Assembly: GCA_964016885.1 (NCBI GenBank)
Contig: OZ024741.1
Span: 122,078,001 to 122,142,000, forward strand
Source: Eledone cirrhosa
Taxonomy: Eukaryota
Direction of reading: 5' to 3'
Length of the DNA: 64,000 nucleotides
Positions 37,721 to 54,157 of the stretch are shown here, piece after piece. Position 1 is the first letter of the stretch, and the number at the start of each line of letters is the position of its first letter. Made by a program: the position numbers and the translations under genes. Under the pieces are notes generated by a model, which was not told the origin of the DNA, ran no database searches, and was given only the letters and a program-made list of their open reading frames with translations.

Positions 37721-40379
37721 ATAAGAATGATTACAGTGCGAATGCACTAAAATCAGATTTAAACAAATAATAATAGTAATAAGATTAATAACAATATTAG
37801 GAGTATTTGGTTATGATTGTACAATGGAAGTTTGAAATAAAGTGGTGAAACGAGAATATAGCTAAGAAAAACAAAGCAATAATTGTCACATTAACTTTAT
37901 ATTTCGGTGTTACGTTCCCGTCTACCCCCCCCCCAAAAAAAAGCAGAAAAAAGGAATGGTGTTCGACAGTTCTTCATAGAAACTATATTAACTGCAGTAT
38001 TACTACCCTACAAGAATTAGCAGAAGATTCGCTGTCTCTTTATACAAATCATTTGATGAAATAGTCTTTACAGAAAGATTAGTTAAAACAGGAGTTTGTA
38101 TCATAGAAATCATATCAATATTCTCTGTAATAAAAGCATCCGTATTGTTCTGAAAAGATCGAAACAAAATCATTACAGATTTTGAAAAAAAAAAAGAAAT
38201 TCTTTGTCAGTATTTGGTATGTGCCCTTATGAGTGATATGGAGGAACACGTGAATATCAACTAATATCATGCGAGCAATGAAACTTGATAATTGGTGTTG
38301 TTAGTGGTTGTACTGGTACTGGAGATAGTATTGTTGTTGCGGCTGTTGTCGTCATTTTTGTTGTTAAACCTGAAGTAATATTTGATTGAATAGAGATATT
38401 TTCAAAGGCATTCCAGGCGCATCCAAATCCTTTTATTCAGAGTTAAGATCAAGTAGATAGGGCCCCCGCCTCCTCATGTGATCACTGAAAACAAATGCAG
38501 ATCATTCCTCACTGTTTCGATAAAGCATTGCATTATGATTATTTTGTTTTCAATCTTTTTTAATATCTCGTGCCTGCAGATATCCTAATAAAACATATTG
38601 AGATATTTAACATTGAAATGAAGACGGAATGAACCTCTGTCAGTTTCAATGATAAGGTAAGCTAGCAGTCAATCAGCGTGTAATTAACGGGCAGTTATTG
38701 ATCATTCCTGAGATATGCGTATCTTCAATCAACTCTCAAGGAAAATCAGCTTGACACAATATTCGATAAGGCTGATCCTCTATATTACAGTTACAGTCCA
38801 CTCGACGGATTCCAAACAGATTCCATCTAACCATTTTCATTAACAAGTTTTGAGTCTGTTCGAGGTTATGGTAAATGACACTTGCTCAAAATACACCACC
38901 GTGGGATCAAAGCCCCGACCTTATGATTGTGAAGCGAACTTCTTAAGTATCCAGTCATGCTGCGTCCGCAATTATAAGCATTGAAAGGAATGAGCCTTCA
39001 CCAGTTTCAACGAACATTTATGAAGTTGTTCGATGAACCAAACAGCCTGTTTGCGAAATTTAAGTGCATATGTTTGAGAATTTCCCACAATCAAACGCTA
39101 GCATTAGAATTACAAATACAATCCAACTGATGGACCTCCTCTCACCTTCAGCTTACCCAACTTCACTCACACGTTTTTGTCTAATCCGAGGCTAATTTGA
39201 TATTCGCCTAAGATACCACGCAGTGGGACTGAAACTGAGACCTTGAAATTATGAAAGAAACTTATTAGATATTTAAACATGCTGCGCCTACAATTGTTAG
39301 AATAGAAAGGACTTGATCTCCATCGGTTTCCACAATAAACTATCCAGTTGCTCGATGAAAGGTTCAGCTTGTTCCTGACTGAGTACATGACTGAGTATTC
39401 CACAGATACGTGTACACTCCCAGGGAGGTTCAGTGTGACACAGAATGCGAAAGGGAGGGTACATTTAAATACAATGCATCTGTTTATCCAATCACAGGTT
39501 GTGGGCCCACCCGAGTCTAAGGTGCATGCTTCTATGCCAACATACCACTCAGTAGGAGCGGACCCGAGGGATTAAGGTCGCGAAGCATACGTCTTAATAA
39601 TTCGACCATACTACGACCACAATTGATAGCATACGATACAGAACAATTGGTAATGAACACCTATGCTATGTAAAGCATGTAATAGGTTTTCTGGAGGAGA
39701 ACTAGACGTTGCCAACTCAGCAAATTGCTTTAACAGCACAGTGTGTAGGATACGTTAGGACATCCATATATGCTGAGCAAATATAGATATTATAATGATA
39801 AGATATAGCTGATAATCAACCTGAAATTACGCTTGAGTTAACATAACAATTGAATAGCAAAATTGCTGACATCATATACAATATCAAATAGCTGAAAGTG
39901 ATAGGTAATATTAGAGGTTGAGGCCTAACATGAAAAGGTGACAGCGATATCCCATGTATGCATGCATGTATGTATGTATGTATGTATGTATGTATGTATG
40001 TATGTATGTATGTATGTATGTATGTATGTATGTATGTATGCATGCTGCATGCATGTATGTATGTATATTTGTGTGTGTGTGTGTGCGTGCGGGTGTGCTA
40101 ATGAAACATCAATGCTTTTTGACTGATTAATAACAATACACTGACACTAGAGGTACCTAGAATTACTTGAAAGCCTGCTTTAAATAATATTAACAATCTA
40201 TATTGTACATGAGTGTAAATATCTGTCTCGGTCTGAGAAAGAGAAGAAGCGAGAGAGAGGGCGGATGAGATATGGAGATAGAGTGAGGTGTAAATAGAGA
40301 AATAGAGGAGTGAAATAAAGACAGAGCACGGGCTACCTGAAAGAGGTTCAAGGTGCGAAATACACACACATATACACAT

Positions 40380-40434
<55 letters not shown>

Positions 40435-40438
<4 letters not shown>

Positions 40439-40459
40439 GTATATACTCGAGTAATACCC

Positions 40460-40517
<58 letters not shown>

Positions 40518-40575
40518 CGAGTATATACGGTATATATATATATATATATATATATACCGTATATACTCGAATAAT
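40435..40575. mobile_element. Tc1/mariner-pogo (Tigger-like) TIR remnants
   Basis: TA|CCGTATATACTCG at about 40435 and 40555, with an inverted copy CGAGTATATACGG|TA at about 40518-40532. Confidence 0.55.
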
Positions 40576-41242
40576 AGACGATCTCATGAAAAAGTCCATA
40601 ACCTATTTTTGGCAAAAAATCTGGAATAATCCATAGATATCATATTAAAACCAACCCTAGTATTTCACAAATAAAAGGATATTTGTGGGTCAAGGAATCA
40701 TCCTGCACGTAGAAATGACACTGTTACAAAATCGTATGCATTTAAGGCAAATTTATATTATTGCAAACACATTACTGAAACTAAAAAAAAACTAAATATG
40801 TGCCTACCTTGCTGTAGTCTGCTCTATCGCTGGAATACTTGGTACTTATAGCGGAATGATCGGTGCTTATAGTAAAACACCACATAATATACATTTCTTG
40901 ATGGCTTCTACATCACCCATTACCCATGGCAATACATAGTAATTGATGGCACTATACTATTAAGTTTGATGGATACGAGTGAAAGAGCAACTGTATGTAC
41001 TTATAAGAACTACGGGGTTTTGTTTATAGATATTGTTATTTACTAAGATTTATGTTTTGCTACTTAAAATCGGTAATATTACTGTAATACATTGTGTTTT
41101 TGTTTTTTATTCGTCTAACGATCAGTTGGGCTTCTGCTACTGATACGGCATTTTGGATTCTAGCTTGAATTTCAAGCCCTTCAAAAGTAGTATCCATGTA
41201 ATCGTCTTTAAAAATGGTCTACAAATATTCGATCCTTGCAAG

Positions 41243-41353
<111 letters not shown>

Positions 41354-41499
41354 TTATAATATGTTAGAAGAAACATACAAGGCGTGATAAAAAAAAATAT
41401 TTAATTATACATGTTTACACGTGTTTCATTATTGAGTTACGTCATATTCTACTGGGAAATTTAGAGATAAAACCATTAGGAAAAACCATTGAGACTGAG

Positions 41500-42368
41500 A
41501 CCGAGCTCAGCAAGGCGGTGAAGAGTAGAAGTGCTAGAGTAGGGTGTAGGGCGTATGTCTAAAAAATGTCGGAGAGCGCAGAGACCTCATCGTGAGGGAT
41601 GAGAGAGTTGAGAAAGTTGATGTCTAGTAGGATATATTGAAGATGAGCGGGGCCAGGAGCAAAGGAAAAGCAGTTAAACAGCCGAAAGGCAGGATTAGTG
41701 TCGTGGATGTGGGAGGGGAGGTCCGTTACCGGGGAGGGGGGGGGGGGTAAATTTGAGTGTTGTGAAGTTGGCAGAGGGCCTCAGTCCTGGAGAAGTCTGA
41801 ACGTCATACCACAACGGCACCATATTTAACAGCGTGTTTGATGACAAGACATGGTGGTGCCGTAGGCTGCGTAGAGCAGATAATTCAGCCCGAGTGAGGC
41901 TGGCACTGAGCGTGCTTTTGGAAATTGTTGGCAAGTCTGCACAAATGTGTCAAGGGTGCTGAACTGCCCAGAGCTCGGCGTCCTGTGTGATTGTCGGTGG
42001 TCGAGAAAATTGAAGAGGAGGCGATTAAGGTGGAGGATGAATTGAGTAGCAACTGGGGTGGAAGTTGAGGTAGAAACTTCGGGGAATGAGGTGGTGGTGG
42101 AGACATCAGCTTAGAAAAGTGGCGTGACTCTCATAGATTCAAGGAGGATTGGATACAAATGGGGGGAAAGGGTGGAATGGAGCTGGCGTAGGAAGGATTT
42201 CAGATTAGGCATGATCTCTACCTATATTTTCTGTATCTATCCTTTGTGATCCTGTCTCTATTTTTGTACTCCCGAAGAAGAGCTAAAGCCCGACATATCG
42301 AAGATTCTTTCCTCTTTTCTATATGAAGCGTGAAACTAATAAAACGTTTGTTGTTTCCTTGAACTACA
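41500..42368 (-). mobile_element. Degenerate Penelope-like fragment related to 11401-12761, with an inverted terminal piece
   Basis: Minus strand encodes LTRAELSALRSLR and GAVVV-like motifs. 42215-42365 looks like a pseudo-LTR with a decayed HHR (ccgaaga-agagctaaagccc-gaca). Confidence 0.55.
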
Positions 42369-42399
42369 CACACACACACGCACATATATGTATGTATAT

Positions 42400-45300
42400 A
42401 AAATATTATTCAATTAAAGGAACGTTAGATGGTCAATTAATTGTAAGCACCCTCGACGTGGGTCCCTTAATTTTTTATCTATAAGATAGCAGACGGAGAG
42501 TCAATATTATAGAGAAGAGGGACGGTTTTATATATACATCCTCTTTTTAATATATAATCCTGTTATGCGCATTTCAAAAACATTAAAGTGACTGCATTAT
42601 AATCCTCTGACGCATTTTCATCAGACTTGTTTTAAGGTGCATTGTTTTTGTTTTTGATATGCCCACGGCTACATATGAGCATATATATATATGGGATAAC
42701 AAGTTATCGTTATAGGTAATCCATGGTCGGCTGTACAAAAAGGGTTTTATTTCAAGTATTAAAAAATATTTCATTGATCAGGTGAGTCTAAAGGTCGCTA
42801 AACTCTCGAAGTTGCGCCACTCGACCTTAAATACGGTGTTTACCTCTGATCAAATCATCGGAATACTGGAGGTTTTACATATGGCATTGGCATATCTAGA
42901 TACAACGCAGAATCAAAACAATAACATCAATAATAAAAGATAATGATAAAGAGGTAAAGAAGTTACAGGTGCAGAAAATAAGTAAAAATAAGTACAGAAT
43001 ATGATTGCTGATAATAGTGGTGGTAGTGAGTAAGTGTGTGTGTAAGGACGTGGTGAGGGTGGATATAATACTAACATGAAAAGCAACATTAAATACATAC
43101 ATACGTGGTGGTCAAATCTCAGAGGGTTAGAATAGAGAATAAAAAATAGTAACAAACGACAGATAAAAGATAAAAAATAATAAATTAAAAATTAAGTGAG
43201 AGGGGAAGAGATACGAGGATGAGACATAAGGGGTAGGGCTAAGGACGGGGAAGGAGTAGATAGGTAGATAGAGAATAAACATTGAGAGGGAGAGTTTTGA
43301 TATATGTGTGTGTATGTGGTAAATGTCCGGATTGCTGATTGTCTTGTCTTAATGGGGGTGATGTGGCTTTAAGGAGACAGAGTTAAAGAAAGGTTAGGAG
43401 ATTTATGATGTTGATCTAGTGACCAGTCAGTCAGTTGACAGCTAATAACAGTGTGGAGGTATGTAGTCAGTACATTAAAATCCGGGTGGTTCAGCTCGAA
43501 TTTTGAGATTGCTGGATCGAATCATGTTGGTTTGAAATTTGCGAACTTGGTAGCTGCTTTGTGCCTACAGAAAATTGATCTTTCTATTTTGCTATTAAGC
43601 AGCATCTTATCATACTTTAAAATATGGAACAGCTCCATATTGCAAAGTCCGCAGTGGGACATTCCATTCTGGTAGGCTCTGGCTCGCGATAATTTCGACC
43701 AGCTAATCCCGTATTCCTGGTTTGTGTCCTTAAGCTGCCAGATTTTATTGGCCAGCGTTGTTGAGTTCTCTAGTCTACGGTTCTTTATAGAGTATCTGTG
43801 AACGTACCATCTTTTTTTGAATGCCCCAGCCGTGGAACCTATGTAGTGCCATGTTAAGTTGCCCGAATTTATAGTACACAGGTACACCATACTTCATTCC
43901 AGGCATCTATTTTGTAGTGGACACTTATGCAGCAGGTGGCAGTTACAGTTGGAGGCCTTCCTATGGGCAGGTTCTCCGTTACGGTTTTGTATATTGTTAT
44001 GGATGGGCTGAGATTTAGGCTTATTGATGTTTTGTTGCGATGCGCCCTGATGTGTGTGTGGCTGTGAAGTTGTTATGCGTTTGCGTTTTGTATTTGGTAC
44101 TATGGCGTATGTTGGTAGGCTATTTTCTTTAGAGATTCTTTTGTAGTTGGTTTTATGCATGTGTGATTCTATGTTGGCTGCAGTAGAGTAAGGGAGTTTG
44201 ATAGTTTTTTCTGTTAAAGATTCTATGGTATTTATGTAGTTTAGGGAAGTGTTTGTCAATTAGCTTAAATAATGTAGAAGGTAGTTTGGTTTTTATAGGG
44301 GAGTTGAATATTGGATTGAACCATAAGTATTTCCTATCTCTGGATTTTCTATAGTTCCTAGGAGTCCCTATATTAGTATTCGGTTCAGTTATTTCTGGTG
44401 CTCGTTGTCTATTTCTATGTTTAGTTCTATGTTTGTTATTTCTATAGGTGTGGGTAGTGTAGCTGTCGTTAGGTTTGTTGTTGCTGTCTCTATCTGGTAT
44501 TCATTTGAGCCCCTCCTTATGTCCAACCTTATGTAAAGCTATGTTATAGTAGTTTGCGTGTTCGTTAAAAATCTCTGAGTTAGAAGATAGGTGGGATATT
44601 CTGAGGGATATACTATGTGCTATGGAGTTAATTATGGACCGAGGGTGGTTTGAGTTATAACTAATGTAGGCTAGATTCCCGATATTTTTATGGAAGGGCT
44701 CTATTAGTCCTGTGTTTAGGTTGAGTGTTACATCTAAGAAGTTTGCTTCTTTAGAGTTAAGTTTGAAAGTGAAACCTAGGCCTAGTTTGTTGAAGAAACT
44801 CTGATATTTTTCCGTAATCTTTCCATGTTTTGATTATTTAAGTTTTTAGCTAAAAGGAGTGTGTCGTCTCTATAAATTCCTCCTTGGAGGTTATTAAATT
44901 CCTTTTGTAAGTTATGCGCTATATATATATTCCAACTATGTCTGTTACCTGTGCTGAGTCGCTAGATCCCATTGTGATATCGAAGCTGTTCTGTCTGTTT
45001 TTTCGTTCCCAGTAACTATTTTCGAATCTAATGATAATTCTCCTAGCAGCTAGTATTATTCTAATTTCAACAGAGGTTAGGTCCAAGTTTTTCTGAGCAA
45101 AGGCTAGCGCTTTATTTAGGGTGACTGGGGAGATGGAGGAGTAGTAGTCGTTAATGTCAAACTGTACGAAGTTGGATGTTTCCCTACTGTCTATTTTGCT
45201 GAACCAGTCTATTGCTTCGTTAGTGTTACCCCATAGCTTAATTACTAGTTTGTCCTTGATTTGTGCTATTACTCTATCTAGTATATACTTGCTAATTCTA

Positions 45301-45790
45301 CCTATATCCGACTTCGATGGGCATATTAATCTAATTGTGGGGTCTGTTTCGAAATTATTTTTATGATCTTTTAGGTTAAATGTGGGGTTACAAGGGGTTA
45401 GAGGCTCGGTTCTATAAGATATTTTCAGTTTTTTTTACTATGCTAAGCCCTTCCTTATTAATTCTAGTGAGTATAGATTCTGTAGTTTTCTTGTATTTTT
45501 TGTGTAGTTCACGGTGTATAAGGTTATTGTATGTTTTAAGGCTCATGGTGTATACGTTTGATGTTTTGTCCGCTTTTACTATAATACCGTTGCTGTTGCG
45601 TAGTTTCTTCAGCAGTCCATTGATGTCGTTTTGCAGTTTGTTGTAATTGTACGTTTTTTGAATTTGGCTCCACTTATCATGTTCATGAGATCGAGTTCAA
45701 CCGTATCATTTATATACATTTTATTGCTATATTTTCGTTTTCGTATATCCTTTTCAATACTTTTTTCAATATTTTTGATGAGGTCATATT
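42400..45790 (-). mobile_element. Naiad-like Penelope element, near full length, disrupted
   Basis: KADKTSNVY, IRLICPSKSDIGRISK, FVQFDINDYYSSI, FDITMGSSDSAQV, GGIYRDD, CNC..CPL..C, HYIGST and CGLCNMELFHIL..CRH, with frameshifts and stops. Confidence 0.88.
42562..42626 (-). ncRNA. Hammerhead motif in the 3' UTR of the Naiad-like element
   Basis: gt-CTGATGA-aaatg...tgttttt-GAAA-TGCGCA-TA-ac. Confidence 0.65.
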
Positions 45791-45920
45791 ATTCGTCAAT
45801 CTTTCACTATACATAAATATATATATATATGTGTGTGTGTATATATATATATATATATAGGGTGTCCCAAAAATGTATACACACTTTAATTACGTATAAA
45901 TAATATATATATATATATAT

Positions 45921-45976
<56 letters not shown>

Positions 45977-46411
45977 AATCATTAAAAGATAATTGTTATA
46001 TTCTATAAGATTTTGCAATTGAATTTAAATTTTACACGAAAAAAATATTGAAAAGAATATATGGAAATAGAGCAATAACATTTATATAAATGATACGGTT
46101 GAATAACCATACTTGTTCTTAGGAGTGTCAGACTGTCCATGTAAAGAAAGAGTATGGCACTTCTCTCACCCCACAAATTATAGAAAAAAGAAAAAAAAAA
46201 ACTAGTTAAGCAAATATAAAAAATAACAATAAGAATCCTGTCAGAAATAACAAAAACTAAAACCAAAATAACAACTACAAATCCTCAACAAAAGTATTAA
46301 CTACAACTGTATCAATGACAACCACTATAGTATTGGTGCCTAAAAACAAGAACAATTACAACTACGAAAACAACAAAAAGCAAGATCAATTATAGCAATA
46401 ATGAGTAAATA

Positions 46412-46594
46412 ACTGTGTCTACTATTGGCACAAGGCAAGCAATTATGCCAGTACATTACTGGTACTTTATTTTATCGACCCCGTAAGGATGAAAGGCAAA
46501 GTTAACCTCGGCGGGATTTGAACTCAGACCATAAAGGGACGTAACTCTTTGCTGCAAAGCATGGCGTCAGACCCTCCACCGATACTGCCAATCC
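46412..46594 (-). mobile_element. tRNA-derived SINE
   Basis: Near-full copy of the family, with A and B boxes. Confidence 0.85.
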
Positions 46595-47194
46595 AAAATA
46601 GCAGCTACATTGATGATAACCAAAGATCAAGAATTACAGCAGCAATAAAAACTGAAAAATTATACGAGAATTATAGACGAGTAGTAGGGTCAGCAACATT
46701 AAGGATATAAAAACTGTGTAAAATGATAAAAAAAGACAGGAAAAAATGAAAATAAGAAAAAAATAGTAATGATAATAATAAATAAAATTGAAAAATGTAA
46801 CAGCAATATAGTAACAATAACAATAGGACGTTATAGCAGAAAAATTAGAAAATAAAACCAAAACAAAATAAAAAAAATAGACTAAGAAAACTATCCCCTC
46901 CATCATGATAATGTACTCGACCTGTCACCTTTGTGGGGTGGTGGGTGTATCTACTTTGTGAATGTATATGGGAAGGGTGTGAGAATGTGGGTGTGTGCTT
47001 AAATACGTATTTGTGACTGAGTCTGTCTAATTGTTTGTCTATCTGTATGTAGGTATGTATGTACGTATGCATGTATTTATGTATGTATGTCTGAATATAT
47101 GTATATATGTATGTATAAATAAATATATATATATAGTTGCTTTGTAGTTGTTTCTTTAAAACATTCTTAATCATATCTCTCTCACTTAACACAG

Positions 47195-47266
47195 GCACTC
47201 ATGGCGAAACAGACAGCATGCTTGGAGGTTATTTCGCAAATCTCTACATTAGAAGATACCGTGCAG
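47195..47266 (+). CDS. Internal coding exon of host gene
   Basis: Acceptor ctcacttaacacag| and donor CAG|gtaata. 72 nt, phase 0-0: ALMAKQTACLEVISQISTLEDTVQ. Confidence 0.6.
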
Positions 47267-47442
47267 GTAATATATATATATATATCTAATAATAACAATA
47301 ATAATATTTGTATACTTTGTGTGTTGCATATTTATTTATATTTCCGTAACCCTATATTTATATTTCGTAATCCTTTAAAATTTATGCTCACAGACATACA
47401 TACACACACATACATACAAGACATTATCTATTTCAGTCAAAA

Positions 47443-47584
47443 GGCGGTGGATTGGCAGTATCGGTAGAGGGTCGGACGCCATGCTTTCCAGCATAGTTAC
47501 GTCCCTTTACGATCTGAGTTCAAATCCCGCCGAGGTTGACTTTGCCTTTCATCCTTACTAGGCCTTGTGCCTAAAGTAGAAACA
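47443..47584 (+). mobile_element. tRNA-derived SINE with a 17-bp target-site duplication
   Basis: A-box tggcagtatcgg and B-box gagttcaaatccc. TSD attatctatttcagtca at 47423-47439 and 47585-47601. Internally deleted. Confidence 0.88.
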
Positions 47585-48754
47585 ATTATCTATTTCAGTC
47601 ATTTTGCTGTGAAAAGAAGTTTTCTTTTCAATAACAATGACCCGAGTGCTAACCATACATTTGTCATTGTAAATAACGACTTCTTCAACATTTATCATAT
47701 ATTTAATCCTGTATGTCATTTCTATATATACGATAAACAATTTGTTTAATTACATCTTAAAAATAAATTATCAAAATATCTTCTTATATTTAATCACTTC
47801 CGCGTGTAAGTAGTCAACACAAACTATAAGGTTTGTCTTATGCAAACTATTAATTTATCAAACGCAAAATCATTCATCACAAATGGTTCACAAAAAAAAA
47901 AAATAAATAAATAAATGAAAATAAATAAATAATTCAAAAGCCCCAAAAGAAAGATATTTCAGGGCAGTTAAAATACGATTAAGTGTGTGTTTATGGAAAC
48001 CTCTAAAAATGGGAAATAGCGGAAACAAAACATACGTGGTAACCCCAGAATTCAAAACGAAGAAAATTACCCATTACGTGAAAACGTCCGATGGCTGCAC
48101 GTCGAAAAACTGACAGAAAAACGTGGTCACGCTGACCACTGAGGCAAAAGTTTTCTCCTAATTGTTCTCATCCGATCTACAAGTGCATACTCAGAGCAGG
48201 TCCCTTCCCTTGGACCATGCTCGCTATTATCAAACACCTTTTAACAAATTAGCTGGAAGGCAGAACTGATAGCAATAAGAACTTTCATATAGAATAGAGA
48301 AAACATAAACATAGGGCTTACAATATATGTTGGGGTGGAAAAAATTATTTAAACGTGGGTAAGGTCAATGACGGTATACAATGGACAGATAAAATTGCTA
48401 AACACACTAAAAATAATTAAGGCATTAATAATATAAATTTCTAATTATATCTACCAATGTAGTTGTCGCAGCTGTTTCATTCTTTACACTCAATTACACA
48501 TATTTTATATTATGTATATCTGTTTGTCATGTTAACAACTTTTAAATACTTTCACTGTTTAGCTGTTTCTATATATTTATATACTAAAACAATGTTGGAT
48601 TTTTGTTATTGATTTCATGTCATTAGATTGCTTTTATCGCTATCTACTTTCATTTTCTGTCAGTGTTCTACATTTTTTTTTCCCAAAACATAAACAAAAA
48701 TAATTGAGAAAACATCTGAAAAATTCAACAGACATGGAAAGTAAAGTGCCTATC

Positions 48755-50696
<1,942 letters not shown>

Positions 50697-51116
50697 ATTG
50701 ATAGATATCATCATTTATTTTCAGGAAAGGTTATAGTAGTTTGCTGAGTCAGCAACCAAGTAACTATTATTCTGTTAAAGGTGTATGATAATTGAAAGGC
50801 AGTGAAGTGTCAAAGGTGCTAGGGCGTGGATTAATAATGCCTCAGTAATTGTTCCGATTTACTGCACTCTATGTTCGATTGCACTCTATTGTTCCGATTT
50901 ACTGCACCGTCTGAGTTCAAATCTCCGCGAGGTCAATTTTGACTTTTATCCTTTTGATGTCGATAAAATATATACCAGTCCAAAAGTAGGGTCGATCCTT
51001 CCTCTATAGTAGAAATAATCGGCTATGTTCAAACCTGGAGAGGGTTTGGCTCGCCTGGTTTAAATGTGCCCTAGACACACCATATGACGCCGACATGAGT
51101 TATGGGGTATTTATCC

Positions 51117-51142
<26 letters not shown>

Positions 51143-51147
<5 letters not shown>

Positions 51148-51500
51148 ATAATAATAAATTTGAAGACTAAAATCCAAGGAGGGCTCGATAAGGATAAATA
51201 TATGTCAAATATATAAGAACCGTAGAGCAAATATTTATTGAAATAAGAGATTAAAGTTTAAGCAAAGAATCGGTGCTTTCACCCTTAACGGGATCTTCTG
51301 AAAATAAAAAAATCAATATGTGAACGCAGAAGTAAATATTTCGAAAAACGTTGCAACCGAAGGAAGACAGGAAGGCGATACTTTCGTTCGTAGAAAGGTT
51401 CCCTGGCAAAGAACGGAAAAATAAACGAAGATAATAGGTCATTATGTGGAGCGTTGAGAACATTTACGCGCAAAGACAAAACCACGTTTATGGTATAACT
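51143..51500 (-). mobile_element. Penelope-type terminus with a variant hammerhead (51257-51303); partial second copy at 52470-52660
   Basis: Minus strand reads ttt-CAGAAGA-t-ccc-gttaa-ggg-t-GAAA-gca..tgc-TT-aaa. The 3' end lies in (TA)n. Confidence 0.55.
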
Positions 51501-51811
51501 GAATTCGTAGACTAAAAATGGAAATTGAATGTGAAAAGGATCCCATGAAAAAATGTTTTACAACTATCTCCCAATAAAATATAATTTCTTAGAAATTCAC
51601 ATGCGATTGGATGGGAATCACACTTTGTGTTTCATAACGTGGGAACTATAAAATTTATGATACATATTGTAGAAACTCTCTCAGCCGTTTTCTCCCCCTA
51701 TATATAATATATATATATTTATAAATATAATATAATATAATATAATATAATATAATATAATATATATAATATATAACATAATATAATATATAACATATAA
51801 TATTGTATACA

Positions 51812-51887
<76 letters not shown>

Positions 51888-52082
51888 TATAAGTAGTCGG
51901 GGCCCCGAAAGCTGAGCTATTCCCGTTTCAATAGCTAGTTTCAGACTCTGGAACTAGCTGTTGAAACAGCAAGAGCTCAGGAGACTGGGTTCCCACTCTT
52001 TATTCCATAACTATGCTCTACTACCCCAAGTAATCTGGTGAGTAATAGTCTAACCAGTTTGAATCCGAATCCATCACGATTT
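51888..52082. mobile_element. Degenerate short inverted Penelope-type terminus
   Basis: Fold-back centred on aatagctagtttcag / ctggaactagctgtt-GAAA. Resembles the 35373-35555 family. Confidence 0.45.
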
Positions 52083-52329
52083 ATATATACTACATATATA
52101 TATATTCTGTAAATCTATTGTTTACTTTTATAATTATTATTGCTATTATTATTGCTATTACATTTGTTTGTCTACCTGCGTATCAAATATTTATAGCATT
52201 GTGATACGTCATAGGATTTACAAAATGCTTACTGAGCCATAGTAACATTTCCATGTATTGCAAATCAATCATGACGGTCAGTGTGCAAAGTTCACAGAGT
52301 GAGCTTGAATAATATTGGCTAAGTTAGCT

Positions 52330-52360
<31 letters not shown>

Positions 52361-52654
52361 GTAATAATTTGAACTCAGATTATAAAAAGCCGTAACTCTT
52401 TGCTACAAAGCTTGGCCTCCCTCCGATCCTCTATCGATACTGCCAATCCACCGCCTATATTATATATATAATAGTAATAATAATAAATGTGAAGACTAAA
52501 ATCCAAAGAGGGCTCGATAAGCATAAATATATATCAAATATATAAGAACCCTAGAGCAAATATTTATTAAAATAACAGATTAAAGTTTAAGCAAAGAATC
52601 GGTGCTTTCACCCTTAACGGGATCAAGATTGTTTGCTTAAACTTTAATCTGTTA

Positions 52655-52753
<99 letters not shown>

Positions 52754-53000
52754 GTAAAATAAAATAAGGACGAGTGGTTACTCCTTCATTACGATTATTG
52801 GTTGTTGACGTGTGTTTCGTCACTGTTCAGCTCAATGTTCGATCACGCGTCACCAACCAATAAACGTAATGAAGGAGTAACCACTCGTCCTTGTTTTATT
52901 TTACTATATCTGTCTAGCTCTACACCTCGATACAGAAGTGAACCTAAACATTGAGTGCTCACCCGGTGAACCTACAGTAACTCCAAGTTACACTCCCTGG

Positions 53001-53005
<5 letters not shown>
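52754..53005. mobile_element. Short inverted Penelope-type terminus (family of 32790-33158)
   Basis: Same sequence and same 3' end (..ctccctggatata). Confidence 0.7.
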
Positions 53006-53062
<57 letters not shown>

Positions 53063-53275
53063 GCACATTTTTTGTCTACCTGCGAATCAAATATTTATAG
53101 CAATGAGATGCGACATAGGATTTGCAAAATGCTTACTGAGCCATAGTGACATTAGTGACATTTGCATGTATTGCAAATCAATGACGACGGTCAGTGTGCA
53201 AAGTTCCCAGAATGAACTTGAATAATATTTACTATGTTGGCTTAGTAATAAAAACTTGAATAATATTTACTAAGT

Positions 53276-53383
53276 TGGCACATGGCCAGCAATTATCCCA
53301 GTGTATTACTGGTACTTTATTTTATCGACCCCGTAAGGATGAAAGGCAAATATAACCTCGGCGGGATTTGAACTCAGATCATA
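53276..53383 (-). mobile_element. tRNA-derived SINE fragment
   Basis: Family body through the B-box, interrupted by an HHR-type fragment at about 53380. Confidence 0.75.
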
Positions 53384-53728
53384 ACGGTTATCACCGAAAT
53401 ATATATAACATCGATTATAAATAAACGAAGTGAATTATTACCCGTTGACTTGTACTCCATAATTATAAATATACTCCGGAGTAAACAGTGTGTACTTCGT
53501 CGAATGCTCTACCCTGCATACTAAAGTGTCGGTGATAAACTAACACATACTGTAATTAAAATTATATATATATATCCCGCCCGTCCCCTCAATCTCTCTT
53601 ATTTCTCATTCTTTCTTCTGATGAAGGACTAGCGTTAAGACCCTCTTCCTGCTATATCGAGCGTTAACCTAATATATCCCTTCCCTATACTGTACCGATT
53701 GTGTTGTTATTTCTGTTTACCTTCTACT

Positions 53729-53767
<39 letters not shown>

Positions 53768-53775
53768 GCTATATT

Positions 53776-53827
<52 letters not shown>

Positions 53828-53899
53828 TTTAATTAGAGCATGTGTTAGATTCATTGATATGCGACGGGTCGATATTTGGTGTTGTTTTCTAAAAGTCTG

Positions 53900-54157
53900 C
53901 CTTAAGCTCGTTAGGCCGGTGTTTATCCCGGTTTCATGGCGTGAAGCGATTGAGGGTGCAAAACTCCCCGCTGGATAGGACGCCAGTCCATCGCAGAGTT
54001 AAACTCCCAACTATTACTGGTACTCATTTATAGCTGAGTATATTGGAGCAATGTGAAATGAAGTGTTATGCTCAAGAACACAGTACGCAACCCAGCCCAA
54101 GAATCGAACCTACGACATTATGATCGTAAGTCCAACACCCTTACCCCTAGAACACGT
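53900..54157 (-). mobile_element. Second SINE family copy
   Basis: Homologous to 36085-36325. Confidence 0.7.

Noticed and set aside
38580-38656. Exon-like segment (cctgcag| ... AAG|gtaagc)
   Set aside because: It is 77 nt long with stops in all three frames, so it cannot be a coding exon. A poison or non-coding exon cannot be excluded without RNA data.
43894-43896. In-frame TGA in the Naiad-like ORF as possible selenocysteine (some Naiad elements are reported to encode Sec)
   Set aside because: It aligns with Ser (CMES versus CLE*) rather than a conserved Cys, the copy has other disruptions, and no SECIS was identified.
47443-47530. tRNA gene
   Set aside because: A and B boxes are present, but there is no clean cloverleaf. 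It is dispersed, multi-copy and has a TSD, so it is a SINE head.
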